A DNA stretch of 64,000 nucleotides from the human T2T-CHM13v2.0 reference genome, Homo sapiens. The stretch lies in the NCBI RefSeq assembly GCF_009914755.1, contig NC_060940.1; one strand, written 5' to 3'. Positions 43,620-56,684 of the stretch are shown here, in pieces (positions within the stretch are counted from its first letter, which is position 1; each line of letters starts with the position of its first letter). Under the pieces are notes generated by a model. That model made no database searches. It had not been told where the DNA came from and saw only the letters and a list, made by a program, of their open reading frames with translations. Made by a program: the position numbers and the translations under genes.

Positions 43620-44765
43620 TTATTGTTATTTCAGAGAATAATGTAACAAACATCCCTACTCGCACCATTCAGCCATTAACATTTCTCATATTTGCTTTCA
43701 GTATTTTTTTCTTCAGTGAAATAAGGTATTATGAATAAAGCTGAAGGTCATTTAACTACTCTCCTGCTCCAATTCTGTAGAGACCATGATTCTTCCATTT
43801 TGGTGGTTATCCTTCTAGATAGACCATTTTTCTACTTTTATATATGTAAATATGTGTTTAAAATAGCAGACACTATTTTGTGCATTTATGTTCTCCATAA
43901 TTTTTATTTCATGCACACAAATATTTACATATCTTTATGAATTTGGAGTTTTTAGGTTGTTGTTTCTTTTACAAAAATGGATCATTTTGTACATACTTTT
44001 CTGCTTTTTGCTTTTCTTACTCATCAGTATCTTGAGGAAATTCCCTATTGTTTGGCATAGCTCTAATACATTCTTCTTAGTGTCTGTATAACATTCATAT
44101 TATCCATCCATTTGCCTTTTGATAGGCATCTCCTAATCTGGTGAACAACTGTATGACAAGCACATATCTATTCCCAGGTACCAGGGTTTTAATTTTTATA
44201 AGATACATTTCCAAGAGAGAGAGTTTCAAGTCAAAGGATATATGTATTTTTACATTCTAATGGCTGTTGCTGGAATGCATTCCAAAAAGCCTAAAATACT
44301 TCCCATTTACCCTGGTTTTGAACAAGGGTACTCATTTTCCCACATCTCCTTGGCAGTAGATGTTACTTAATATTTTTGCCAGTCTGGCAGATGAAAAATG
44401 ATATCTCACTGTTATTTCAATTTGTATAGCCCTGAATTTGAACATCTTTTCATGCGCTTTTTGACCTTTTGAATTTGGTTTTCTGTGATTTGCTAATTCC
44501 TGTCCTTATCTCAATTTAAAATTAAAAAATAATTCTTCTATTGGTAACAGTTCATTAATATATTATAAATATTAACCTTTTTTCTTTGTATTGCACATAT
44601 TTTCTTGACTCTTTTATGGTCTAAATTGACCGTGTGATCTGATGCTGTATAAAAGTTTTAATTTTTATATTATAAATTTTTTTGATCATAGAAAAATTAT
44701 TTTTCTTCTGAGCTTTCAGGTTTTTCTAAGAAAATCACCTATATTTATTCTTGAAATTGTTGAAA
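43620..44765 (-). mobile_element. Old L1ME-type fragment
   Basis: T-rich; atatctcactgttatttcaatttg...gaacatcttttcatg. Confidence 0.6.
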
Positions 44766-45425
44766 AGACCAATGGAGTAGTATGCTGCTGGCTTTGTTAT
44801 GTAAAACTGTAGTGATTCATTTTGGTGTGTAAGGGCCAATTCAAGGAGGAGGAGGATGATAATTCACTCAGTAAATATTTATTCATGCTTTACTATTAAT
44901 GAGGTTCCTCGTATAAGCACAATATATGTATTAGTTCATTGATTTCTCATAACACTCTGTGAGGTGGATGCCATTATTACTTATTTCCAATTTATAAATA
45001 GGAACACTGAAGCACAGAGAGGTTAAGGAACTTTCTTAATATTGCAAAGCCATAAGTGGCAGAGCTCCCTCTCTCTACAACCCATACTCATAACCACTGG
45101 GTGTTTAGTTAAAGAGGAGGGTGGGGGTCTGCACAGTCTCAGAAACAGGCTCTGACAAAAGAAAAACAGGCTGTCGATGGAAACAGAAACCAAAAGGGTG
45201 GTTGGTATGGGCTCATCAGAAAGGGCTGCACTTACAGGGGATGAAAGCTCTACCTAGGATGGGGATCTTGCTAACCACAGATTGACATCTACCCCATGTT
45301 ATGTACAGCTCCTGGTTTTATGGGCCCAGAGGCAGGGCTGGTGATCAGGGGCACTCCATGTGCCATGTTGTCAGCTTGATCAATATCACTGTCTTGGATG
45401 GCTGGCAACCCATACTCTACCTACT

Positions 45426-45789
45426 TGTGATGGTTAACTTTATATGTCAACTTGACTGGGCTATGGGGTGCCTAGATATTCGGTCAAACATTATTCTGGA
45501 TACTTCTGTGAGGGTGTTTCTTGAGGAGATTAACATTTAAATTGGTAGACTGACTACAGCCATCTGGCCTCTATAAATGTAGATGGGCCTCATCCAATCA
45601 GTTGAAGAACGGAATAGAAATAAAGGCTGATCCTCTGCCAAATAAGGAAGAATTGTCCAGCAGACTGCCTAACGACTTCATCGGCACCACTGGCTGCACC
45701 TGCCGGCCCACACTGCAGATTTGGACTTGCCCATCTCCATAATTGCATGAGACAATTCCTTACAATAAATTACTTTATCTATCTACACA

Positions 45790-45826
<37 letters not shown>

Positions 45827-45860
45827 TTGCTTCTTTCTCTGGAGAGCCCTGACTAATACA
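45426..45860 (+). mobile_element. MLT2 (D-type) solo LTR with (CA)n
   Basis: tgtgatggttaactttatatgtcaacttgactggg...ccctgactaataca; TSD ctact/ctgct. Confidence 0.92.
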
Positions 45861-46294
45861 CTGCTGAACTGAAGATATTTGCTATGCTCCTTAGGTGGTG
45901 TGCATGGAACAGGCTCTAGTTCTAATGGGAAGACCATCTGTAAAGTTTCTTTTCTGCTAGGCAGGGGCTACTAGTTTGTAAAGGCAAAGACTTTTTTTGG
46001 GCAGCAGCATGACAGATTTGGATTAGACATTGCGAAAAACTTCCAGGAGGTGAAAAGTACTATGGCACATTCAAAGGGAAGAGTAAAAGGAATTCTGTTT
46101 GTTTGTGGTTGAGGGCATGAGGGCAAGAGGACAGAGGGATGACTGAAATGATCTTTTTAGAGCTTTTCTGGTTTTGGGGAATGATCCAGGAGGCAGCAAT
46201 TGTTGCCCCTAATAATGTGACCACCTAGAAAGGGTCATGTTTTCATTCCCCATACTCAAGAATGAACACTCCTGCTAAGTTGCAAAGATGCTGA

Positions 46295-46831
<537 letters not shown>

Positions 46832-47089
46832 TACAGTGAGAATGTTAATCCTCATATTATCTCTTTGAAGTGGGGGTTGCTTTGAAAAATACACATTGGT
46901 TTATATGATTATTGCAAATTTAATGCTTGTTCCTTATAAGATGGTTAGAGAGCACATAGGTATATAAAGTAAAAAGTGGAATTCCTGCCTCCTGTTCCAT
47001 GCCCCTACCCCTTATAGTGACTATCTTGAGTAATGTTGAAGGCATCCTTTTCAACTTTCTACAAGTACAAACAATATGTGCACATAAGG

Positions 47090-47900
47090 GTTTTAAAAAA
47101 TAGTGTGGGAGAATAGACATAACATACAATTTACTATTTTTACCATTACTGCCATCCTTCTCCAGAACTTTTTCATCTTCCCCAACTGAAACTCTATTTC
47201 CATTAAATAATAACTCCCCATTCCCCTCTCTCCCAGCCCCTGGCAACAACCATTACTTTCTATATCTATGAATCTGATTACTCTCAGTACCTCCTGTAAG
47301 TGGAATCATATAATATTTGTCCTTTTATGTCTGGCTTATTAACTTGGCATAATGTTTTCGAAATTCATCCATATTATTGCATGTATCAGAATTTTATTCC
47401 TTTATAGGGCTGAATAATATTCGATTGTCTGGATATACCACATTTTAAAAAACCCATTCATTCATCAATGGACATTTGAGTTGTTTCCACCTTTTGGCTA
47501 CTGTAATAAAAAGCTACATGAGCTTTTATAAGGGCTCATGTGCTTAGATAGGGCCCACCTGTTTAATCCAGGCTGCCCTCCCCACCTCAAAGTCCACAGC
47601 CTAAATTCCATCTGCCAGTTCTGCTTGCCATGCTGCTGTGAACATAGGGGTATTAGATATCCGTTTGAATTCCTGCTTTCAATTCTTTTGGGTATAAGCC
47701 CAGAAGTGGAATGAATAAATCCACATAATTCTATGTTTTATATCTTTAGAACCTATGTAGCATATTCTACAGTAGCCAAACCATTTCTCATTGTCACTAG
47801 CAAGGTGCAAAGGTTCTAATTTCTCCAATGCTTGTTATTTTCTACTTTTTTGATAAGAGCTATCCTAATGAGTGTGAAGTGGTATCTCATTGTGGCAACA
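47090..47900 (-). mobile_element. L1MB 3' end carrying a templated MLT1 insert
   Basis: ccagaactttttcatcttcccaactgaaactc...cccagcccctggcaac...gtggaatcata. Confidence 0.88.
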
Positions 47901-48250
47901 AAGGGTTTTCATTTCACAAAATGGAATTGTATGGTGTACGTTGGTCATCAATCCTTCACTTAAAAAGTCCAGCCTGGTGCCTTTTTATAGCAGCACATAC
48001 AAGTTGCCTCTTTTATGGTCCATACTCTTGTTTTACAGGTGAAGAAACTGTGGCTTGGTGATTTCAGAGGACACAGCAGTTCCTTCTGGGAAAGGGGTTG
48101 GAAGCCCCCGATTCAGTTACTAGAGCTGCGCAATACCTAAATTGGCGGCAGAAAACAGCCATTTGTTCACCCCCTCTGCAGGTCAGGAGTGGGAAGAGAG
48201 CTTGTCTCTGTTCCCTGATGTCGAGGGCCTCAGAAGGAAACCTCAATGGC

Positions 48251-49420
48251 TGCTATATTTTCAATTGCTGCTGTGACAAATTACCACAAACATGGAGACT
48301 TAAAACTATCCCAGTTTATTATCTTACAATTGTTATGGGTTGGACGTCCTGTGGGCTTGAGTGGGTATCTGCTTAGAGTCTCACAAGGCTGAACTCAGGG
48401 CGTGGCAGGGGAGAGTCCATTTTCTTGCTCATTCAGACTGTTGGGAAAATTAATTTCCTTGCAATTGCTGGGCTGTTTTCTTGCTGGCAGTACTCCAATG
48501 AAGAGGCAGCCTGCATCCCTTGGCTTGGAGCCCCATTCCTCCATTTTCAAAGGTAGCCACAGCAGGTCGAGCCTCTCTTCCTTTTAAGTCTCTTCTGCCC
48601 TTTCTGATTACATCTCTCTGCCCCTCCAATTCTGTTTGCCAGCTGTCTGGCAGCTGAGGAAATGTTCTTTGCTTGTATAAGGGCTCATGTGCTTAGATAG
48701 GGCCCACCTGTGTAATCCAGGCTGCCCTCCCCACCTCAAGCTCCACACCCTAAATTCCATCTGCCAGCTCTGCTTGCCATGTGATGTAGCAGATTCACAG
48801 GTTCCAGGAATTAGGGCATGGAAATCTTTGTGAGACGGGAGGGGGCATTATTCTGCTGGGTGCTGGACTCATTTGAAGGCTCATTCATACACGTGGCTGT
48901 GGGTAATCTTGGCTGTTGGCTGAAACCTTGGCTGGGGCAGCCAACTGGACCCATATGGTCTGTCCATGTGACTGGGCTTCCTTACAATGTGGAGCCTGGG
49001 TTCCAAGGGTAAGAAGAAGGGGAGAAAAAGTGAGAGAAAGAGAAAGAGAGAGAGAGGGAGAGGGAGAGGGAGAGGGAGAGAGAGACAGAGAGAGACAAAG
49101 GGAAGCTGTATCTACATCTTAGCCTTAGAAGTCACATAGCAAGACTTCCTTCTTAGTGAGTTTTAAGGAAGTAGAAATAGACTGTAACTCCTCCACTTCT
49201 TTTTCCTTTTTTATATTTTTGTAAGATGGGATCTCCCCATGTTGCTCAGGCTGGTCTCGAACTCCTGGGCTCAAGCAATCCTCTCGCCTCGGCCTCTGAA
49301 AGTGCTGGGATTACAGGCATAAGCCACACACAGGGCCTTTCCAGTCCTTGATGGGATGTGATGATGTTCTCTTCAAGACCACATGGGACTGAAAATATTT
49401 TGGAAAATACAGCTTGCCAT
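48251..49420 (-). mobile_element. Two adjacent MLT1 LTRs (48251-48860; 48860-49420) plus FLAM (49197-49337)
   Basis: gctgctgtgacaaattaccacaaac...gggggcattattctg; agccttagaagtcacatagc; Alu monomer. Confidence 0.78.
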
Positions 49421-50638
49421 ATCCTCCTAGATAGCACTAATGACAACAACACAACATTCACTGAGTTCTTACCAAGTCCCAGGCTCTGTTCTAAACATTT
49501 TACCTGCGTTCTCTAATTATAACCCTCACTGCCACCTTGCGATGTAAATATTCGCCTTGTCCACATATGCAGATGTGGGAACTGAAGCACAAAAGGGGAG
49601 CCCTAGCAGGCTTGGTGGATGGCTGGGTGTAGGGGAACAGATTGCTGAAGAAGTAGAGCTGGGGGAAGCGAGGCTGGGGAATGTGAGGGAGAGGAAGCAT
49701 GCAGGGAGGAGTCTGGGGTAAGAGTGGTGGGCAAGGCTGGGCAGCCCCACACTGGAGCCAGGCTTTGAAGGACAGATCAAACTTGGGTCAGTGGTGGTGG
49801 GAAGGGTGTTCTGTGTGTAGCGCATGGACTGAATCAAAGTATGCATTACAGCTGTGTGGGCACGTTGTCTGAGTGTAGAGAAGTGGTGGGGTATTAAGGA
49901 GAAGCAGTGGAGGCCGGGAATGTCGGCTGGGATGTGCAGATCTTCTGCTGGGGGACCTGGGAGCTACAGCAGGTGTAAAAGTAGGGCTGATGGCAAGAAG
50001 GGCTTTTCTGTTCTGGAAGGGCAGTCTAGGGGTCAGGGACAGCGACTGAATTTGGGATCATGTTTGGTATGAGGCCATATATTTATCTCTAAGCAATGCC
50101 CACTCCACTCCCCATTCTCTTCAGTCCTGGAGTGAAGAAAGCTCTGTGGGCCCCCTAAGGTCTCCACACAATGTGCTGAAGGCCAGCTGGGCATGGGGTC
50201 AGTGGGAATGCATAGTGAGTTGGGCTGCCAAAGCCTCGGGCTGCCTCCCTTTCCTGCCCAGCTGGGAGACTCGCCTTATCGTGCTTTGGCGATGGTGGCA
50301 GGGCTGCCTGCGTCCCCCAGGTTCTGCAGGGCTGTCTCTCCTCTTTGCATGCCTCTTTTTGCCTCTATGTCTCTGTTTTCCTCTGCAGTTCTCATCCCCT
50401 CCTCCCACTTGCAGCAATGCGTCTCTGACCCAAGTCTGAGCCCCTTTTAAAGATGAAGAGATGGAGGCCCAGAGAATCTTGGTCCCAGGCCTCTTCAGGA
50501 AAGCTGACTTCAGGGCTTTGGGGCAGTCAGTGTGCTGAATTCCCTGTAGAATCTTCTGTGCTAGACCGAAAGCCATTCAGCAAAGCTCACAGCACTTGCC
50601 GGGCTAGCTCTGAACTCAGAGTGGCATCAGAGGCACCG

Positions 50639-50646
50639 CCCCCCCC

Positions 50647-50680
<34 letters not shown>

Positions 50681-50682
50681 CC
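50639..50682. repeat. Poly-C tract (C8-GT-C31)
   Basis: 31 consecutive C at 50649-50679. Confidence 0.95.
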
Positions 50683-50719
50683 AAGGAGCATGGTCGGGCA
50701 CTTGCAAAGGTTCAGGCTC

Positions 50720-51185
50720 TGCATCCACATGCCTAGGTGCCAGAGCTCTGCCAGTCACTAGCTGTATGACCTTGGGCAAGTCATTTGACTTCTCTGTGCC
50801 TGAGTTTCCTTATCTGTAAAATGGGGGTAACAAAAGTATCGACCTCATGGGATTATGTGAGGATGAAAAGGCTTGATGCATGTAAAGTGCTTTGGAGAGT
50901 TCCTGGCCCCTGGTAAGAACTACAAAAATATTTCTAGGCAGATAAATATAAACATATTTTTAAAAATATACAATAAAGCCTAGTGGTTTAGAGCATAGGC
51001 TCTTCAGTTTGATGCATTCAGCACTTCCTGTGAGATCACAGGCAGGTTATTTAGTCTCCCTTAACATCTCTGAGCCTCAATTTCCTTATCTGCAAAATGG
51101 CAATTAGACAGAGTTGGAATAAGAATCGAATGAGATCATGCAACTAAAGTGCCTAGCAGACAGTGAGCGCTCAGTGAACAGGTTC
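50720..51185 (+). mobile_element. Two tandem MIRs
   Basis: gctgtatgaccttgggcaagtcatttgacttctctgtgcctgagtttccttatctgtaaaatggg; second copy from ~50978. Confidence 0.88.
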
Positions 51186-51759
51186 ATCAGGTCCCTCTCC
51201 CACACCAGGCCAAGGGCAGGAAGAGCTGCCGCTTTGGCCAGTGGAGGGTGGGTAGAGGTGGGTGGTATCTCACTGGAGCATCAGGGGCAGGTCTGGTGGG
51301 AGCCTAACCCTGAGCCTTCCTCATCTCCCTCATCAAGATGGGTGACAGGTGCTGGGGACCTGAGAATCGGGGCCTTCCATGCTGACCTGGCCAACAGAGC
51401 TCCCCTGGTCTTCCTCTGGGACATCTGAGCCAGGAGCCGGAACCCGGGAGCTGGCTGGGGCACGGCTCTGACCTTTGAACTGTGAGGTGCACTTGGGGCC
51501 TCTGCTCCTTTTGCACTGTGTTTTCTTCCTGCATGGCCTCCAGACTGGCTCTGCCTCACCCTCAAACTCCAACCCACATCCCCAGCGGCTGCCAAAGGTC
51601 TCTGCTGCTTGTCCCACGGTCGGTCCAGCCTATGCAGCCTTTGCCCTCCTTCCCCAGACCTCATTTCCAAATGGAAAATCTTGGCATTGGATGTGGCCTT
51701 CAGGTATTTGTCCCTTATTCCCTTCCCCTCTTTTGGGGAATCTCCTTCCAACCAAGGGT

Positions 51760-52213
51760 CCTGCCTCCCTTCCCCAGGGCAGATCATGTGACTTTTATAG
51801 GCCAATCAGGAGACCTCTCCTGCCTGGAAAGAGGGATTGGTCCAGAACTGAACATGTGATTCGCGGATGGCCAATTGGAGTTTCTTCTGGGGAGATTGCT
51901 AGGGATGTGGGGAGAGAGAGGGTCTTCGAAATCAGCAGCTGAAGGACCATCCTTCCTGTTATTGGGAACCAGCCCGCCTGGTGTCAGAGCTGATGCAGAG
52001 GAGAGCTGAGACATGGAGAGAGAGGCGGGTTTTTGAGGACACTGCTTGAACCCCTGAATCCAGCCATGCCTGAAGGTGGTGTTTGGCTCCCAGTTATATA
52101 AGTCAATCAATTAATTCTCTCTCACTCTCTCTCTCTCTCTTTTTTTTTTTTTTTTTCTGGAGCCGGTTTGAATTGGGTTTTATTACTCTCAGCCCAAAGA
52201 GTTCTGACTAACT
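51760..52213 (+). mobile_element. MLT1K/L-type LTR
   Basis: ggccaatcag...cctgaatccagccatgcctgaag...gtttgaattgggttt. Confidence 0.75.
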
Positions 52214-54854
52214 CAGAGCCATATTTGGTGCCCCTTCTTCTACCATCCATCTGCCCATGTCCCTTCCTAATCTTTTTCTTTCTCATCTCCTGATCCTTCA
52301 CTGTGGTTTGAGCTTTTAGGCTACTTCTTGCCAGTGGGTAGGAGAGGAGATGAGATGAGGGAAAGGAAGACAGAGTGGAAGGACGGAGGTGATGGAATGG
52401 GGAGGCAGAGGTGTGTCATGCGAGTCCAGGGAGGCTGAAAACCAAGGATGTGGCTGCAGCAACCCCATAGATGTGCACAGCTCTCATCAGCCTGCTCATT
52501 TTAGAGAGAAGAAAATAGACACAGAGAGGTCGAGTGACTTGTTAAAGGACACACAGCTAGGAAGTGGCAGAAGCGGGGTTAGAATCTGGGTCTTTTGACT
52601 TTAAACTCTGTTAACACAAAGCCTCAGGCTGTCAGAGGGAAAGGGCCCTCACTCAAGCTTCTCATTAGGCAGATTAGAAAATCTGAGGCCCAGATGGAAT
52701 AGAGGCTGGGTCACTGTCCCCCCAGTGGTGATTTATGGGATGCATGGCAGAGGTGCAAATGTGTACACACACACACATAGGCACACACACAGACAAACCC
52801 TCCTATCCGAGTTCTCAGGGAGTCAGTAAAACCATTCAGGGTGATGGGAATGGGTGAATTGGAGGCACAGTCAGGAGCATAAACAAAAGCTCCTTAATAA
52901 AATATTAAACAAAGGCCAGACCCCTTCTCCACCCATCCCCACCCATGCCTGCTCCCCAGAGGCCTCTACATTAACTTCCAGTCTTGTCTCCACACCAGTG
53001 CCCCATATCTCTAAATAATGCATGTCTGCCACTATTTCCTGATTCATCAGTTTTGGACATTATCTATTGACTTTCCAAGATGATGGATGAGAATTTTGCT
53101 CCCACTCATACCCCCTCCACTCCACCACATTCTCCCATTATTAATTTTTGGTGCTTCTAGTTGGAGGCACTAGACCTTTCTAGTGGAGGACTAACTTGGA
53201 GGACTAGACCCGCGCCTTTGTTTCTGGGTCATGCAATGCTAGAAGCATCTCCTGAAGCTTTCAAAGCTCTTCTTGGTAAGATGAGGCTCTCCAGGCCCTT
53301 GCCCTCCCTGCAGTTCTACAAGCCCCCTCTCCTGGTGGCCAATCACATCCTGCAGGGACCAGACAGTCACGAGTGTCATAGGACCCTGGGCCTTGGGTCT
53401 CTGAGCTCATGTTCCATCACTCCACTCAGTCTTTTCTCTCGTGTTCTGTCTCCCATCCCAGGCTCTGCCACAGGCCCCTGCAAGGAGAGGGAGTATCAGC
53501 CTGGTCAGAAATCCTGTGGCTTTCCTGGGGACATTCTGCTTCTTGGGGTCTTATGGCCCAAGGATTTCTAATGTTGCCTCCCCACTCCTTCTGCATCATC
53601 ACTTTGAAATAGAAATGAAGGTCTCCAGTGGGCTTGCTCTTCTTTTGAAATTATCTGGCTTCATTATGTCATTAGAAAAAGAGAGAACCAAAACACCCCA
53701 AAGACTGACAGGCAGTTTGACAAGTGTCAGCAGTCAAAGTCTGAATCCGTCCTCTGAGTTTGCAATCACTTAGCTCCCCCCCCTTTACCTTTAAAATAAG
53801 AACAATGGGGTCTTTTGTGGGGTTTGTTGCTTCTGCTGGGCCCTTCTGAGTCACTGCATATTTTTATGCGTTCAGTAATATAGTGTGAGTCATTCTCCAG
53901 CTTGGGGGTATTTTGGGACTTGTGGTGTTTTACTTACAATTGCAGAAAAAAATCAAATATTACAGAGGTGATAAAAAATACAGCAAATTCATATGACCCA
54001 GCTCAGTGTGCATAAAATTCCAGGACGGGAAAGAGAGCCACGGCATGAGGTCATTGCCAAGGGTTCTTTGGGGAATGTGGTTAAGGTACAACCCATTTTT
54101 TTTGCTGAAGTCAAATAAGGGGGTGATTTTAACATTCCTAAGAAATCTTCTTAGGCCAAAGGTTGAAGGTGCCAGTCTTCATCCCATTCGCAAGAGTCCA
54201 AAGAGGGGAGGAAGTTCCTCCCTCAACGAGAGCTGTTTATTCCAGATTTTCTAGTTTCTAGACTGGGGTGTTGGCTGTGGGAAGGGGGTTGGATGGAAGC
54301 AGGGATGGAGAGGATGGTGCTGAAGCTGTTTCCCCAAATGCGCCATGGCTTCAGCTCATCCGGCTCTGACAGAGCCCCCATCTCAAGAAGCTGGGGGTGA
54401 CAGTGGCTGAGTCAGGCTGGTGAAAGGGCTGAGGCGGGTGCATTTGCCTTGAGAAACTTTAGGGAGAGATGAAGGAATGCTGAGTGTCCCCAAGGGGATT
54501 CTGTCATAATGGAGAAACCGAGTCACAGTTGAGCAGCTCCTTACAGGTGATGTGTCATGGAACCAGGCACTAAAGCAGGGATGAATATCACTTTTCCCCC
54601 ACCAGAATGTCCCCCTTACTGCTCTGTTCCCTCTATTATACCACACACCTTGGACGAGCCACTTCCCTACTGTGGGCATTGGTTTCCCCATCTGTAACAG
54701 TGAACTAGATGATTGACAAGGCTGACCCAGCTGGATGCTCTGCTTTTCTGACATGATCTAGGCTGCTGAGACTAGAACCCTTGTTCCTCCGGGAGCCCAA
54801 GTGTGCAGGGCACCGAGGCAGGTCCTAGGGAGTGAGGTGTGGCCCAGGTATTGG

Positions 54855-55200
54855 GGTTGCAGCATTAATTGCATTCTGAGCACATGTCTACCTCTCAGAG
54901 CTGCGGGGCCTGTCTCTTTCTATTAGTTTAACAAGCCCTGGTATTAATGAGATTGCTCTATAATTGAACCTTTTCACGGGTCCCTCGGTAATGAAATTAT
55001 GCTAATTTGCATTCAGCACCACCAGGCATCCATCACGCGGGACCAGCCGGGAGCGGCCGGTGAGGCGGCGTGAATGCGCCGCTAATTATCACCGAAATGA
55101 ACAAACCCAGCAGTATTATTATTTCATCTTCTGCCCCATCCCTTCCTCACTACCCGCCTCCCCCACCCCATCTATATTTTTGTCTTTTCATTCACATGAC
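54855..55200. promoter_or_regulatory. Candidate POU/homeodomain enhancer
   Basis: TAATGAGAT 54945, TAATGAAAT 54989, ATGCTAAT/ATTTGCAT 54999-55012, CTAATTA, small CpG cluster 55035-55093. Confidence 0.55.
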
Positions 55201-55329
55201 TGCCGGGGCAGGGGTGGGAGAGGGTGGGAGAGGGTGCCGGGGAGGATGCCGCCTCTCCACTGTGTGGCAGCATGGACCAGGGAACAGCACAGGCCCAGGA
55301 CTGCCCGCGGGCTCCGTGGGTGCAGGCGT

Positions 55330-55900
55330 GGGGCATGTGTGCACGTGTGTGCAAGAACCCATGCTGCTTCTCAGCCCGTGTGCAGCGTGTGCTGGTGTCT
55401 GGGTGTGCAAACCAACTGCATTTATTCGTGAGGCTGGGTATGTCAGAGTGTGAACCTAACCTTGGGTGTATGTCTGTGCTGTTGCGATGCAGGCATGCTT
55501 CTGTCTGGGCAGGTCTGTCTGCTTGTGTGGGAGTGTGTGTGTGTCCTTGTGAAAGCGGTGTGTGTGTCACTGTCCTGGCTGGGGGTCACAGTGTGTGTCT
55601 CTGCTGAGGGCCTGAGTGCGTGTGTGTGTGTGTTTTTGCCAGTGTGCATATCTGTTTTAGTGGGAATCTCAGCAAATATCTGTGCTTGTGTCATTGTGTG
55701 TGAGTGTGCGGTATAGACGTTAGTACATTTGTGCATGGGGCCTGGCACATCAGTGTGTGTTATAAGGTGTGTGTTTGGGATGACTGGTGTGGTGTCTGTG
55801 TTGGTGTGAGTAGGTTCTCAGTGTGTGTCTCTATGTGCCTATGTCAGTGTTTAGATGGTGTGAATATGTGTGTGAGCATCTGGCCTTGTGTTTGGGAACA
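55330..55900. repeat. GT-rich low-complexity tract
   Basis: Degenerate (TG)n. Confidence 0.8.
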
Positions 55901-56684
55901 TCCACTTACCTGGCCTCGGAATGGTGTCTGGGAAACCCAATGGCCTGGGAATGGTGGCTCACTGAAATGGCTACACCCATAATGGCTCTTGGTGAAGGGA
56001 CAGGGCCACCATGACAAGGGGGCAACTACAGTGCCCTCCTTCCCATTCGCTGAGCCCCAAGGAATCCTCCTGGTCTCTCAGGTGAACAAAGAATAGTTCA
56101 GATTGATTTTCTGGCCAGGCCTGCTGGATGGAGGCTTGGAGGAGAAATTTTATTTGATTCAGAGAAAATATTTTGATATTCCTTTTTAACCTGAGTATGT
56201 GCAGTAAGATTCACTCTGGCTTCGTTGGGTAAACATTTCTTGGGTGCCCCTCTGTGCCAGGCCTGCTGGGTGCTTGGGGCCAATGGACTGGGAGGGAAAG
56301 AGGCCACTGAAATCCTCTCCGGTGTCTATTAGGGCAGAGGCGAAGCTCCTAATAAGAACGTGTCCTGGTTCTGCTAGCAACCAGGTATTGACTTTGGGCG
56401 AGACTCTCTCCCTTCTCAGAGACTCAGTTTTCCTGGCTATAAAATGGGAGTTGGAGACACATTGGCTAAGATGAATTCTAAGATCCCTTCTAGCAATGGA
56501 ATGCCATGGCTCTGAGAGTTGTACTTGGGGAGCTGCTTTTACTGTGTGGTGAATAAAAGTCTGGACTTTGGAGACAGTCAGCTCTGAGCTTGAGCAAGTT
56601 AATTAATTTTTCTGATTCTCCATTTCCTTTCCACAAAACATTTATAATAATATATGTTATTATATGTTTGTGTTGTGGCTAAAT

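Noticed and set aside
50453-50761. ORF with a polyproline run
   Set aside because: Simply the translation of the poly-C tract
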